Shown here in pieces: positions 25,175-25,763 of a stretch of DNA of 25,763 nt. Source of the DNA: an uncultured Pseudomonadales bacterium (GTDB lineage: Bacteria; Patescibacteriota; Microgenomatia; UBA1400; PJMF01); the NCBI GenBank assembly GCA_964614795.1, contig CAZTME010000002.1:1-25763 (forward strand). The letters are read 5' to 3'. The position numbers were made by a program, and so were the translations under genes. Every line of letters begins with the position of its first letter. Positions within the stretch are counted from its first letter, which is position 1. The notes beneath the pieces are model-generated. The model did no database searches and was not told the origin of the DNA. It saw only the letters and a list, made by a program, of their open reading frames with translations.

Positions 25175-25763
25175 CTAAGCTCTGATTTTTCCGTAACATT
25201 GCCTGACAGCAGGATCAACTGTCATCACTCCTTTTTGAATTAATTCATTTAATAGCTTATATGCATCAAGGACATGATTCGGCAAAGCTCTGTCTTGCAA
25301 TGAATCCATTTTTCGTAAGAATACTTGCCACACTTCTGTTTCACAACCAAAAGCACCAGTGCTAGTAATACCATCCAAACTGTCTACATTTGCCAATCCA
25401 TTTGGTCCGTAATCGTATAAATTAGACAAATAAGGAACCCCATCTGATTTGTTAGCAACTGCCAGTCTTCTGTAATGCTCTGCTGAAATTTGAGCTGCTA
25501 CCCAAGATAAACTTACCCCACTCTCCTCTGTTGGAAGTCCAGCTAGTGCAGGCTGGCTATCATCTACGATAAGACAATTTGGATTTAATACGCTTGTATC
25601 AATAGGTTTCTTTGCAGTTGCAGCCATAGCCATGACATTTGCTTCTTGAGATATACTCTGCAAGTCCTTTTGAATGTCTCCACTTGGTGAAAAAACTGAA
25701 ATTTTAAGATTTTTTATATGGTAAATTGCACAAAGCTCAATCAATTTTCTATTCAAAGCTTTT
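25175..25763 (-). CDS. C-terminal part of a possible HAD-superfamily protein; 5'-truncated by the window edge
   Basis: Frame is open beyond the track's TTG at 25756. 'ISVFS', 'AKKP' and 'CLIVDDS' fall in the order of HAD motifs II, III and IV. Motif I is not in the window. Confidence 0.4.
   Translation of the reverse strand, partial: KALNRKLIELCAIYHIKNLKISVFSPSGDIQKDLQSISQEANVMAMAATAKKPIDTSVLNPNCLIVDDSQPALAGLPTEESGVSLSWVAAQISAEHYRRLAVANKSDGVPYLSNLYDYGPNGLANVDSLDGITSTGAFGCETEVWQVFLRKMDSLQDRALPNHVLDAYKLLNELIQKGVMTVDPAVRQCYGKIRA

Noticed and set aside
1-25763. Alternative genetic code (UGA=Gly, as in Gracilibacteria/Absconditabacteria)
   Set aside because: Very Gly-rich ORFs of 577 and 1671 aa contain no internal TGA, and TGA ends several genes at sensible positions, including an ATGA overlap.
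1-25763. Diversity-generating retroelement acting on the adhesins or pilins
   Set aside because: No reverse transcriptase, and I could not see a ~100-nt TR/VR pair differing at adenines. A self dot-plot would be needed to exclude it fully.

Overview
AT-rich, gene-dense bacterial window in genetic code 11 that encodes almost only cell-surface functions. The gene repertoire resembles a Patescibacteria/CPR (Microgenomates-like) genome; that is inferred from protein families, not from a marker gene. All genes except the first lie on the minus strand. In transcription order (right to left) they are: a truncated HAD-like ORF; a multi-TM/GAF sensor histidine kinase; four minor type IV pilins in H-I-J-K order, one a 649-aa pilin/LVIVD-propeller fusion; a GspL/PilM-like membrane protein; the major type IV pilin with a clear terminator; a PD-(D/E)XK nuclease; a five-gene cluster with two paralogous WxL/Csu-like secreted proteins and two DUF916-like membrane-anchored proteins; a tail-fibre-like secreted protein; a membrane-anchored class A beta-lactamase-like serine hydrolase; a 1671-aa secreted protein with five tandem copies of an unrecognised ~170-aa domain plus DUF2341/LamG; and two small membrane proteins. 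These converge on a truncated + strand FN3/carboxypeptidase-regulatory membrane protein. I saw no rRNA, tRNA, CRISPR array, integrase, transposase or reverse transcriptase. The strongest candidate for an undescribed system is the co-transcribed non-T4P surface block at about 2.4-16.3 kb. All family assignments come from motif recognition by eye; no searches were run.
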